Assembly (NCBI GenBank): GCA_965240325.2
Contig: OZ251230.1
Coordinates: 930,001-994,000 of the forward strand
From: Rebecca billardiae RCC1528
Taxonomy: Eukaryota > Protista > Haptophyta
Reading direction: 5' to 3'
DNA length: 64,000 nt
Part shown: positions 45,801 to 54,971 of the stretch, piece by piece
Layout: each line of letters begins with the position of its first letter
How positions within the stretch are numbered: the stretch's first letter is position 1
Notes under the pieces: generated by a model
Told to the model about the DNA's origin: nothing
Database searches by the model: none
The model's input: the letters and a program-made list of their open reading frames with translations, nothing else
Made by a program: the position numbers and the translations under genes

Positions 45801-47859
45801 ACGCCAGCGGGTGTGCCGCTGAGAACCAGACGCGCTCCACCCGAGGGGACGTGGGACCGATGGTGCGCTCGCGGCACGTGAGCTGCAGCGGCCAGCCAGC
45901 CGCGTCGGGCCCGCTCGCCCAGCGCAGCGCAGCGCCGGCCTCCACGGCGCACCCGGCGTACTGGGGCGCTGCTCGCCGGTTGCGCACGTGCACGTACGCG
46001 CTGCGCGCCGGGACGGCCAAGTCCAGGCCCTGCGTCGCAAACAGCAGCGCGCTGCCGCGCACGCGGACGAGCGCGTCGAGCTGGGCGCCGCCTCGCGTCA
46101 GGAGCGTGTTCGGAGGCAGCACGTCGTGCGTGCAGGCGAGCGCCTGCACCTTGTACGCGCGGCGGCGCAGCATGCTCACCGCGCGCTCCGCCGCGCTCGG
46201 CGCGGACGGCGGCATGCGCGGCAGGCCGTCCAGCGCCGGCCGGCCGCGGTCGCAGCCGGGCTGCGCGCCGAGCACGAGGTACGTGATCGTGCTGTGCGCG
46301 AGCAGCCTGCGCGCGGAGAGCAGCGCGCGCTCCTCGCTACCCTCCGCGTCGAGCACCATCAGCAGCACCCAGCCGGGCAGCGCCACCCGCCGCTCGTCAA
46401 ACCAGCGGTCGACGCCAAACACGTCCCGGCCGCTGATCACGTGCACGCGCTGCCCGTTCTCGCGCGCCACGCGCACCACCGCGCTGGAGGCGGCCCACGC
46501 GCCCACGACGACCACGTCGCTGTGCGCGATGCGGCGCGAGAGCGTGCGCTCGAGGAGCTCCGACATCACGAGGCCCGGCGCGAGCACGCGCGCGCCGTCG
46601 CACCGCGTGCGCCTCCTGGCGAGGGGCGACCCGCGCACCGCCACCTCGCGCGTCCGCGTCGAGCCGCTGCTCCGGGCGAGGCGCAGCGCCCCAGCCGGCC
46701 GCGAGGTGCTGCCGCTCCGGCGCGGCGCTGCGGCCGGCTGGGTGCTGATGCTGACCGCGCGCTGGAAGGTCGGGGGCGCGGCCTGGCGGATGAGTATCTC
46801 GAGCCTTCTCGCCGCATGGCGTGCAATCGACAAAGGGCAGTAGCGCGCGGCGCAGAAGACGTGCGACACGTGCGCGCCCGCGCGCGCAAACACGAGGTCG
46901 TTGCTCAGCGTCAGCTGTGCGCCCGCGTGCGCGGTGTGGCACGTCGAGTTGCACACGACGCCGCGCTCGACCGCGCGGGCCCAGACGGAGCCGCGGCCGT
47001 ACAGGATGCTCTGCGCGTCGAGCGCGGTGGGCATCACCAGCGCGCGCTCCGCCGAGGCGGCGCGCAGGCTGAGCAGGTCCACCTGCTCCCGCCCCGGCAC
47101 CGACGGGTGCGCCATGTCGCACAGGCTGTGCGTGTCCTCCGCGCCCAGTAGGCCGATGTGCCGCGTGTACGCGGGCACCGTGCGGTTCGAATCGCCGGGG
47201 TAGACGCGGAGTCGCTCCGCTCCGAAGATCTCGCGCAGCTTGCGCTCCGCCAGCTTCTGGGACGGCCGGTCCATCCGGTCAAAGGACTGGACCCGCGTGT
47301 GCGGACTCGCCGTCAGGAAGAGCGCCGCCGAATGGCCCGCGTTGAAGCCCGTCTCGCAGATGGTGAGGGGCGTGGGCCCGTGCGCTTCGGCGAGGGCGTC
47401 CAGATGCAGCAGCACGAACGCCACTTGCTCCGGGTACAGGTAGATGCCCCCGGAGATCTTGGTCTGCCGCCGGACCCGCTTCGACGCCGCGTGCGTGCCG
47501 CTCAGCGACGGCGAGATCGTGCGCTCGATCTCGGCCCACGCGCTACACACGGCACACAGCCGCTCGCGCAGGCGCCGAGGGCCATTCTGCAGCGCCTCCA
47601 TCAGCGGACCGTGCGACTCGAACGCCTGGCGCATGCTGTGCGCCGTCCAGAAGGCGTTGTCCAAGACGAGGTCGGCGATGCCCTCACACATTGAGTGGCT
47701 GTGCGTCCAGCCCGAGCCGCACGAGGGCCGCACCTTGTGCGACCAGCTGGTGTTGGCGTGGTCTGACCCCGCACCGAGCGCACCGAAGCGAAGGCCGACG
47801 AGAAGCAGCAGCGCGCGCGCCACGAGCTCGAGCAGCGACGACTGACAGCGCCGGCCCAT
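42898..47859 (-). CDS. Secretory-pathway multidomain protein (~1650 aa): class I SAM methyltransferase + FkbM-like remnant + two DUF229/alkaline-phosphatase-superfamily domains
   Basis: Signal peptide after MGRRCQ. MTase: ICETGFNAGHSAALFL..VQSFD..GDS. FkbM-like: LDAEGSEERALL. DUF229-like 1: VLLDPISRAHFRRSLP..VGPNSGPN..SDHG. DUF229-like 2: LELDSVSR..LP..GDHG..NEQRLIT..DLHRTL..NRTCADARIP..CGC. Confidence 0.8.
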   Translation of the reverse strand: MGRRCQSSLLELVARALLLLVGLRFGALGAGSDHANTSWSHKVRPSCGSGWTHSHSMCEGIADLVLDNAFWTAHSMRQAFESHGPLMEALQNGPRRLRERLCAVCSAWAEIERTISPSLSGTHAASKRVRRQTKISGGIYLYPEQVAFVLLHLDALAEAHGPTPLTICETGFNAGHSAALFLTASPHTRVQSFDRMDRPSQKLAERKLREIFGAERLRVYPGDSNRTVPAYTRHIGLLGAEDTHSLCDMAHPSVPGREQVDLLSLRAASAERALVMPTALDAQSILYGRGSVWARAVERGVVCNSTCHTAHAGAQLTLSNDLVFARAGAHVSHVFCAARYCPLSIARHAARRLEILIRQAAPPTFQRAVSISTQPAAAPRRSGSTSRPAGALRLARSSGSTRTREVAVRGSPLARRRTRCDGARVLAPGLVMSELLERTLSRRIAHSDVVVVGAWAASSAVVRVARENGQRVHVISGRDVFGVDRWFDERRVALPGWVLLMVLDAEGSEERALLSARRLLAHSTITYLVLGAQPGCDRGRPALDGLPRMPPSAPSAAERAVSMLRRRAYKVQALACTHDVLPPNTLLTRGGAQLDALVRVRGSALLFATQGLDLAVPARSAYVHVRNRRAAPQYAGCAVEAGAALRWASGPDAAGWPLQLTCRERTIGPTSPRVERVWFSAAHPLASEVACVWVRCARRTPAEGHVLSNEPLQPVCAQRVRRLGGQPWPAPGSGPAGARRGSSAAERPPNLLVVLLDPISRAHFRRSLPLTAAALAELGYAELRNLTVVGPNSGPNQAALYAGMPLRSREGVGEHAATPWLWDRLRARGYATLKSEDGCVANSNMVQSLRPNVSHGEEFGQLFCAAWARPNCAGSQLAAAALLGYATAFASAHERARRPFGTFLSLVDSHEDSMALAGVVDKPLARFLRRWQARTDTATLVLSDHGLHYGPYFLTAPGERERAEPILFAKLPRGRALAPGATSARLTHFDVHATLLELLGLADERPAAARALGRSLLGPRPVPAERPCAQMGIPPEWCGRAPPPPPGVAEGACPRPHVLPSLWSFYAQAEITGKRPALIHACHEDANVSRTALATRADGSRVQPRAGSAQTLSACECATAPRGWRGCPELGPLRPDEDFVIVACNVTSVPRHDGPPPQPSSSMDVHMRIARQQRLVRRSTAAREQRRGARTERAPPSLLILELDSVSRKYAQRHLPLAFAWVQSLRGDAAERAASAEAPSAAASGPSARPSARVRAFDFEKANVLGTASIANQMALLAGCMGTSPHATMAPGFETVKVAGWPDPVEQRCDRGNRARAGGGAAATAAAERAAPVWLHDVARSAGYVSMVIEEICPAGSPWVLSDTFFDAAAAFDHRFDRLFCTLATQPPTVPVPANLRRLSHRPEHVINGVSVRFYDTPPSCFPSTDGESVGRWPLRQLEQLWDAYAPDVPRFAFGNLMAAHSAAPARWQARRAEQLDGMLRAALERLVSQGDTIAVLRGDHGLQQKGVHDADWSVQMEHRSPWTTLLVPEQLLDGRQAAALRANEQRLITGLDLHRTLLGWLAPRTRAAPPVPWAFDLAKHVVPPNRTCADARIPPDLCGCEDAPLGNEGESAIAPKFGICNKIGHGRRDHCVFGDAVRNGEHWDRRRRRHRL

Positions 47860-48118
47860 ATGCCTTGCCACTTTTTGAGCCCTGTTCGGAGCCTTCTTTG
47901 GGCGGCTTGGTGCGAGGTGGAGAGTGACGGGCGCGCACGACGAACTCGCCAGATGCGTACGCGGGGTCGAGTAGCCCCGCCCCCGCCACGCGCCAGCCCT
48001 GTCCGTCCGCTCAACGGTGTCCCGTCCGTGGCTTGGTGCGCTGACCCATCGTCGCAAAATAATAATGGCAGGCCCCTTATAACGGGGGTGGACTCCATTT
48101 TTAACTTTGCGACGGCGC

Positions 48119-48212
48119 GAAAAGGGAAAGAGAGAGGGAGGAAGAGGGAGGAAGAAGGGGGAGAAGAGGGAGGGGAAAAGAGGGAGAAAGGAAAGAGAGA
48201 GGGAGGAATCGG
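48119..48212. repeat. Polypurine low-complexity tract upstream of the DUF229 gene
   Basis: Run of almost only G/A. Similar tracts at 52646-52680 and 54143-54220. Confidence 0.85.
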
Positions 48213-49955
48213 AGGATGTGAATATGCGGTTATCACTCTCACGCGGGCCGCACCGGCGGTCGGCGGAGGTGTCACTCACCGTCAGCCCACGGCGCCACAA
48301 CGGTACTTACCGCGCGCCTCACCGCAGTCACCGCTGCTTACCACTGCTACGCCAGCACAGTCCCTGCGGCCTGCCTGATTGCGCGCGCGCCCACGCCCAC
48401 GCGGCACACGGCCACGCACCCGGCCACACCTGCCACACGCACTGTCAGCAGTGGGGCGGTGCGCGCGGCCGGGCACACGCGCCGGCCACGGCCGCAACCT
48501 CGCGCGACGGCCACTGCTGTGGCGCCACTGCTGCGGCGCCGCACGCGGGTGCTGCTCCGCGCGCGCGGCTCTCTCCCCCTCCGCCGCGATGATACACACC
48601 GCGCGCAGCACGCGTCGCTGCGCCCGTGCGCCGTGGGCACACATAATCCAGGTTGAGCGGTCGCCGAGGTGTTGGCGAGGAGCGCCGCCGCCAGCGCAGT
48701 CATCGGCTGTAACACTCGACCCACCGCCACCAGCCGCATCGCTTGGACTGGCACCGTCATGGCGACAGACGGCGTGAGGGGGCGATGCAGGCGGGTTGCT
48801 GTAAGCGACAGTGTCCCGGCCGCGCTCCGCTCACGCAGTGCCATCCGCTGCGCCATTAGCACAGCGACTCACGCCGCACTGCCAGCATGCACTGCCCTGT
48901 CCTGAGACTTAGCGGAACTTGCATTGGCTGCTGTCATCGGCAGTGCCATCACTGTCACTGCCAAACTGTCGAGAGGTGCACATGAAGCAGCGGCTCCGGC
49001 CGTGACGCGCGGCCCTCTAATCTCGTCTATCCCGTATCCGTACTTCTGAGTAAATTTGACTGAGTAGTGAGTATGATTCTATATCATCAGTGAGTGGCTG
49101 GAGCGTGCCTCACTCGAGTCTCGATGCTGCCGGCGCTGCGGCGCAGTCGCCAGTCGGCGCCGTGCCATGTGGCACATGATGCCGATCAGCCGATCAGAAG
49201 CTGAAGCGTGATGAAGACGATAACACGGCGCCGGCAAAGCAGGACTTGAGAGCACTGCAGCACTCTGCACTGCTACGTCGCGACGACAATGAGATGGAGA
49301 ACAACTACGCAGGTGAGCGCCAAATGGCAGCAGCAGCTGACGGTGCGCAGCAGCCGATTGCGTTTCGCCGTTATGCCCAGGCAGCATATCCCGGCGGGGC
49401 GTTGTGATGTTGAGATGATTGACCTCGTTGAAGCGCGCTCGGCCGCACCTCGACCACCGCACAACGATGCAGATTGGCGGCGTGAGCGTAGCAGTGGCCA
49501 CAAGATCGCTCGCAGCTTCAGGCGACCCACACACGGCGAGCTCGATGCAAGACGTGAAATGTATGCGAGAGTGGCGAGCGCTCGCCTGACTCGCGAAGAC
49601 GCCAGACGATGGGGGTGTCGGAACACCCGAATCATCGTCACCCGCCCGTGCGAGAGCGCGCGCTGCGACCCGGCCGCGTGGCCACTGCGAGGAGCGGATG
49701 GAGGAGACGATCCTGCCATCGGAAAGGGTTGAGCAGAGCTCCCTGCTCACGATGCATCGCATCGCATCGGGATATCAAGCCGCTGGAACGCCCGCAGGCC
49801 GCGGAACCCGCACGAGCGTGGCTGACGAAAGACATGATGCGTTGACGCGTCGTGCCAAACCGGGCCGCGAGGGCCGGTGCGCTTCGCGAACCGTCGCAAC
49901 TTTCGTCCATATCTGGAGACTGGTGTTTGGTATGAGCGAGCGGCTTCTCTATTGA

Positions 49956-50124
49956 ACCCAGTGCCACCTCTATTCGAACCCAGTGCCACCTCTAAGTGAC
50001 CCAGTGCCACCCTTCTATGAACCCAGTGCCACTTCTTCTATGATGACATATGGGGACCCAGTGCCACTGCTACCCGCCTGGCACTGGGTTTGCTATTGAT
50101 TTTCATATGGTAACCCAGTGCCAC
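49956..50124. repeat. Array of 12-mer ACCCAGTGCCAC (6 direct + 1 inverted)
   Basis: Starts at 49956, 49978, 49999, 50021, 50056 and 50113. An inverted 11-bp copy lies at 50079-50089. Confidence 0.92.
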
Positions 50125-50500
50125 CCACCCCCGGCACAGAAGGCCTGCCATAATAATAATGACGAATCGAATGATCATCGCGACATCGCATGCACAATTT
50201 TTATCGTCCGTTGATCCGGCCAATCCGGCGAGGGTGGATCGAAGGTTTAGGCCGGGTGTGTCTGAGTCCCGTGACTTGACAGGACACAGGTGCACGTCGC
50301 TGTCGTCGTCGCAGCGAGCTTTGTACTCGTCGTGCACGTGCTGACACGCAGATGCGCTGCCCAGCCAGGCTGCGCCTACTTGTCGCATTGGCAGAGTATC
50401 ATATGTCTCAGCAGCGAGCCAGTGACGAGGCGCACGGCCCTCAGCAAGCTCAGACGCTGATGCTGGCGGCATCAGCCGCAGCGCGACGCGGCGCTCACAG

Positions 50501-52585
50501 TCACGGCGAGACGCGATGGCCCACGCGGTCACGGATCGCGTCCGCGTCCGAATCTCGCCGCGGGCCGAGCGCGAAGAAGCCGGACGAGTTGTCGCGCACC
50601 AGCCCCTCCGGCGGCGGGTCGGCGTCTTCCACGCCGTCGAAGAAGCCGTAGCCGTGCGACTCTGCCTCCGCCCCCCGCCGCCGCTTCGCCACCCGCGCGA
50701 GCACGTCGCGCATGCCGTGCAGCGTCTCGCCGAGCGTGCGCAGGAAGCGCGCCGTCTGCCGGTGCTTGGACGACGCGCAGAAGGAGAGCGCCTGCTCCTT
50801 GATGATGTAGCCGACGCCGAACCCGTCGGGCACGACGGGCCCGAAGCCGAAGAGGCGGAGCGCGGGGTTGCCGCAGTTGGAGGTGGAGAGCACGGTGTGG
50901 TTGAGCGCGCGCCAGCCCTCGTCCTCGAAGATTGCGGGCACGCGCGCGTCCGTGCCCGCCGCCGAGCGCTGCCACAGCTGGCGCAGCGCGTACAGGTGGC
51001 GGTCGACGCCGTGGCCGACCGAGGCGGCCTTGACGAGCTCGACGATCGACTCGAGCGCGTCGCGCAGCGCGCTCGCCTTGACGTCGTCGCCCACGTCGCT
51101 CGCCCACACGCGGACGAACTTGGCGGCGGGGTCGCTCATCGTGCGCGCCGCCTCGGTGCGGCCGTGCAGGAACGCCTTGGTCTGCACGGGCTCGTACACG
51201 CACGGCACCTGCCCGTACAGGCAGTAGAGCGCCGCCATCAGCGCGAGCTGCACGAACGCGTCGGGCGAGGCCTTGAGCCGCGTGACGGCGAGCTTGCCGA
51301 ACGCGTCGAACTCGAGCGTGCGCGTGTCGTGCTGCTGCACGAGGTCCGAGAGCAGCACCTCCGCGAAGCGGATGTGCTGCCGCAGCCGCGAGCCGCGCTC
51401 CACGTCCCAGCTGATCCGGCGCGGCCACGTGTCCGGCTCGCCGCGCCCCGCGCGCAGCCCGGTCGTGTCCTGCCGCACGAGCCGCCGGCCGTGGCCGTCG
51501 GCCTGCAGCTTGGGGTCGACGCCGGTGGTGATCTTCGAGGCGAAGCGCATGATCGTCTCCGCGAACACGTCGGACACGAAGCGCAGCACCGTGTGCCCGT
51601 CCGTGCGCGTGTGCTCAAAGTTGACGCCGGCGACGCCGTTGGCGCACACGATCACCTGCAGCTTGTCGTACCAGCGGTTGGTCATGCTGCCGCACTGCAC
51701 GCCGTCGCGCAGGCGGTACTGGCCGTGCAGCATGGTGCGCGCGATGTCGTCGCCCGTGTCCGGCTTGTCGTCGTCGAGGCACAGCACGAACAGGGCCGAG
51801 TCCACGGTGCGCAGCGTGCTCGCGTTGGCCGGCGTGCGCGCGAGCTGCTCGCGCGCGGCCGCCCAGCGCGGCCGCGCCTCGGTCGTGAGCACGCCGATCG
51901 AGCTGAGCAGCATGTCGTCGGCGCTGAGCTTCTCGTTGTGCGCGGCCGCGTCGCGCAGGATGCGCCCAAAGTTGTCGCACAGGTGCGCCTCCGACAGGCA
52001 CACCTCGCCGTCGTCCCACAGCACGTCGAAGTAGTACAGCAGCCCCTTCGACATCACCACGATGTGCCGCGACGCCGGGAACGACTCGATGCGGTCGTCG
52101 TGGTCGGTGGGCACGCGCGCGCAGCCGAAGAGCGTGCGGTACTGCTCCATGCACAGCGGCTTGCCCCGCCACGTGTCCACGTCGAGCGCCTCGCGCCGCA
52201 GCTTGGCGTAGAAGTGCAGCGCGCTGATCGTGAGCGACGCTGCGCGCGAGATCTGCGGCGACGACGGCATCACGGCGTGCGGCGTGGGGTCGTCGGCGAG
52301 GACGAAGAACGGGTTCACGTTGAGCACGACGCTCGCGTCCGACATGAGGTACGCCTCGTTCCAGAACTCCTCGATGTACGACGCCTTGTCGCGCGCGTAC
52401 GCCACGAGCTGCGCCTGCAGCTGCGGCCCTTCCTTGGTGAGGAAGGTCTCGACCACCTGCTGCGTCTTGCCGAGCTGCTCGGGCGAGAGGAGCGGCGTGA
52501 CGGCGGCCAGGTAGCGCCTGCACGTGTCCTCGAGCGGAGGGATCGGGAGCTTGGGCAGCGTCGACTGGTGCGAGTACATCGCCAT
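50501..52585 (-). CDS. Carnitine O-acyltransferase (choline/carnitine acyltransferase family)
   Basis: LPKLPIPPLEDTCRRYL, NRWYDK, FEHTRTDG (catalytic His), SPDAFVQLA, FLHGRTE, GHGVDRHL, LSTS, GFGPVVPDGFGVGY. Confidence 0.97.
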   Translation of the reverse strand: MAMYSHQSTLPKLPIPPLEDTCRRYLAAVTPLLSPEQLGKTQQVVETFLTKEGPQLQAQLVAYARDKASYIEEFWNEAYLMSDASVVLNVNPFFVLADDPTPHAVMPSSPQISRAASLTISALHFYAKLRREALDVDTWRGKPLCMEQYRTLFGCARVPTDHDDRIESFPASRHIVVMSKGLLYYFDVLWDDGEVCLSEAHLCDNFGRILRDAAAHNEKLSADDMLLSSIGVLTTEARPRWAAAREQLARTPANASTLRTVDSALFVLCLDDDKPDTGDDIARTMLHGQYRLRDGVQCGSMTNRWYDKLQVIVCANGVAGVNFEHTRTDGHTVLRFVSDVFAETIMRFASKITTGVDPKLQADGHGRRLVRQDTTGLRAGRGEPDTWPRRISWDVERGSRLRQHIRFAEVLLSDLVQQHDTRTLEFDAFGKLAVTRLKASPDAFVQLALMAALYCLYGQVPCVYEPVQTKAFLHGRTEAARTMSDPAAKFVRVWASDVGDDVKASALRDALESIVELVKAASVGHGVDRHLYALRQLWQRSAAGTDARVPAIFEDEGWRALNHTVLSTSNCGNPALRLFGFGPVVPDGFGVGYIIKEQALSFCASSKHRQTARFLRTLGETLHGMRDVLARVAKRRRGAEAESHGYGFFDGVEDADPPPEGLVRDNSSGFFALGPRRDSDADAIRDRVGHRVSP

Positions 52586-52677
52586 TGGCCGAGGAGCCGT
52601 CGTCGCATTCCTTTGGTCGGCTGGTGCGCCGTCGTCGTCGGGTTGAAGGGGGGAAAAGGAATAAAGGGGGAAAAGGA

Positions 52678-54142
52678 AATAACTCGAGGAAAAAGATCCG
52701 CGGCCCCGGCCGTGCTACGCAAACGATATCCGCCTCCACCCTTGCTGGCACTACGGTGGCAAGTGGCAGACTGACTGGCTACCACTCTCACAACTCACTG
52801 TCTGAAACCGACACGGTGACGGTGACCATTTAGACCAACTTAGCCGACCGGGCATCTGTTGAGGAGACTGAGTGACCGGACCAGCCGGGGTCATCGTGCG
52901 GCGCTGAAGCCTGGCCAGACCTGTGACTGAGTGGTCACGGCACCTGACCACCTACGGCCCCCTCACCAGCACGGCCGTAACGGGCGTCTGTACAGAGTAG
53001 TGCGTCCGACCGGGCCGCCCTCCAGCACGAGCCGCACGCTGGGTGGCGCGCTCCTTCCGCTTCCCTGCCGATTCAGATTTGACACCTGGCATCATTGGTC
53101 CCGTGAGCTGCGGCTGCTGCAGCCGCAACGTGCTGGTGCGGCGAGACAGTGGAGTGAGTGCGGACCAAGACCGTGACACTAAGCACCGTGGCTTACTCGT
53201 GCAGCATCCGCACCGTGCGCGCACAAAGAGTTCATAGCGTAACGCAGGGCGACGCGCGCGCGCGGCGAGCGAGCCGGACAACCACCGCCCGCCTCCACAT
53301 GCAGCCCCCGCGCGCGCGGCGCGCACCATGACCATCCGCCCCAGAGTGCCGCATAGCGCGCAGCGTGCGCGGTCGCACCTGGGTCGTTGGACGTATGCCG
53401 TGGCGCGGGCACGGCGCGGCGATGCCGCGCTTGCTTCTCCCGGGGGCCTGAGGCCCCCACGCGCGGCGGACTCCGTGCGCGCGCCCCGCCTGATGAGCGC
53501 GCGGCGCGCGGCCATCGAGCCTCCATGTGCTGGGCCGTTGCGCGTGCCGCCTGGTGCGTATTCGGTCTCGTCAGATGCGTGCTCGGTCTCGTCAATCGTT
53601 ACCCGCGTCGTTTGCGGCAGGCAGCCCCCCTTCTAGCGGTTCTCGAGGCCAAACCATCGACGCTTGGACGCCTACGGCCGCGCGAAGCGACGGCGCCGAG
53701 CGGGCGCGCGCGCCCGGTACGAGAGGTAGACTCCCACATCGTGCCTCCACACCCCGCCCGCGCCAGTGCACCCGCCCCTGGAGCTCTTCCCGCTCGTCGA
53801 CGGCGCTCGGCACCCGAGCCGAGCCGAACGCGTGCACGGCGCACGCCGCAGCGCGGCGCGACGGGCGCGGCGCGGCGCGCTCGGAATTTTCCGGAAGAGG
53901 GCTCCGAGCGTACGGGCCGACGCGCCCACTCGCGGCGCGCCCCGCGCGCGCCCCGCCAAATGCGCGTGGGGGCGCGAGGCGCGGGTCGAGACGCTCGGGT
54001 GCTCGGCGCGGCCGTCAACAGGCCCCCCCCGCGAGTTGAGGAGCGTCCCCGGATTCCATTTTCCGGACTCTCCTTGATGCTACGCAAAGCCGCGGGGGCG
54101 GCCGTCCGCCGTCGAAACGGACGTGCCCCCCCCGCGGAAAAA
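52678..54142 (-). mobile_element. Non-autonomous element family B, copy 2
   Basis: Inverted homolog of 30620-32921 lacking the MITE. Hairpin 54090-54137. Direct repeat TGCTACGCAAA at 52713 and 54078. Confidence 0.8.
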
Positions 54143-54347
54143 TGAACAGGGAAAAGAAGAGGGAGAAAGGGGGAAAAATTAAAGAAGAGGGGAAGGGGGA
54201 ATTGGGAAGGGGGAATTAAATGACTTGCGCTGGCCATGCTAATCTTCTCTGGACGGGGTTTCCGGACCCGGACTCCGCGAGAGTGTGCTCCAACCGGCTT
54301 GCCGCCGCCCGTGCGAACTTTCGCGGGCTCTCGTCACGCGCTGCGCG

Positions 54348-54971
54348 ATGCTCGCGCTCGCCGCGCTGACGTGCGCATTCGCGCGGCCGATGACGCTCGG
54401 CCGCGGGGTTGGCGTCGCGTCGGCGCTGCGGGAGGGGCCCACCGCGCGCATGTCGCTGCTCGAGCCCGTCCGCGCGCCGGTGGAGGCCTACGTGGACTTT
54501 TGGGTGCCGACCATCAAGGGCGCAATGGACGCGGGTGTGCCGAACTACCTCATCCACTGGGGCCACGGTGGCGCGATGGCGACGGTGCTCTTCACGATGG
54601 GCCTCTATGGCGCGTTCCTCGGCTGGAAGGTGCGCCTCGGCAGGGGCGGGGAGACCGACGCGCTCTCGCTCGGCCAGACCGCGGCCGAGCTGCACCCCAA
54701 GATCATGGGCGGAGCTGCCTTCTTCTTCCTCACCGGCGCGCAGGGCGGGTTGACGCTCCTCGCGGCGCAAGGGAAGAGCATCCTCGACAGCCCGCACGCA
54801 GTGACCGCGTTCCTTGGCCTCGGGCTGCTGGCCCTCCAGGCAGGGCTGCCGCTCGCCTTCGAGGCGGGCGGCGCGGCGGCTCGCAAAGCGCACGCCGTCC
54901 TGGGCACCTCGACCATCGCTCTCTTGATCGTCCACGCGGCGCTCGGCCTCCAGCTCGGCCTCTCGTTCTAG
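54348..54971 (+). CDS. DUF4079 family membrane protein (cytochrome b561-like His pattern), probably plastid-targeted
   Basis: [43 protein letters not shown]. Leader [11 protein letters not shown]. Confidence 0.85.
   Translation: MLALAALTCAFARPMTLGRGVGVASALREGPTARMSLLEPVRAPVEAYVDFWVPTIKGAMDAGVPNYLIHWGHGGAMATVLFTMGLYGAFLGWKVRLGRGGETDALSLGQTAAELHPKIMGGAAFFFLTGAQGGLTLLAAQGKSILDSPHAVTAFLGLGLLALQAGLPLAFEAGGAAARKAHAVLGTSTIALLIVHAALGLQLGLSF

Noticed and set aside
47860-48300. N-terminal extension of the 1800-aa ORF
   Set aside because: It begins at a non-ATG codon and runs through a polypyrimidine tract. The signal peptide follows the ATG at 47859.
49956-50124. CRISPR-like repeat/spacer array
   Set aside because: The core is only 12 bp, the linkers are short and related to each other, and one copy is inverted.
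48900-50450. Protein-coding genes in this interval (also 24950-25650, 36000-37700)
   Set aside because: No recognisable motifs or host-like codon pattern. Left as unexplained non-coding or decayed sequence.
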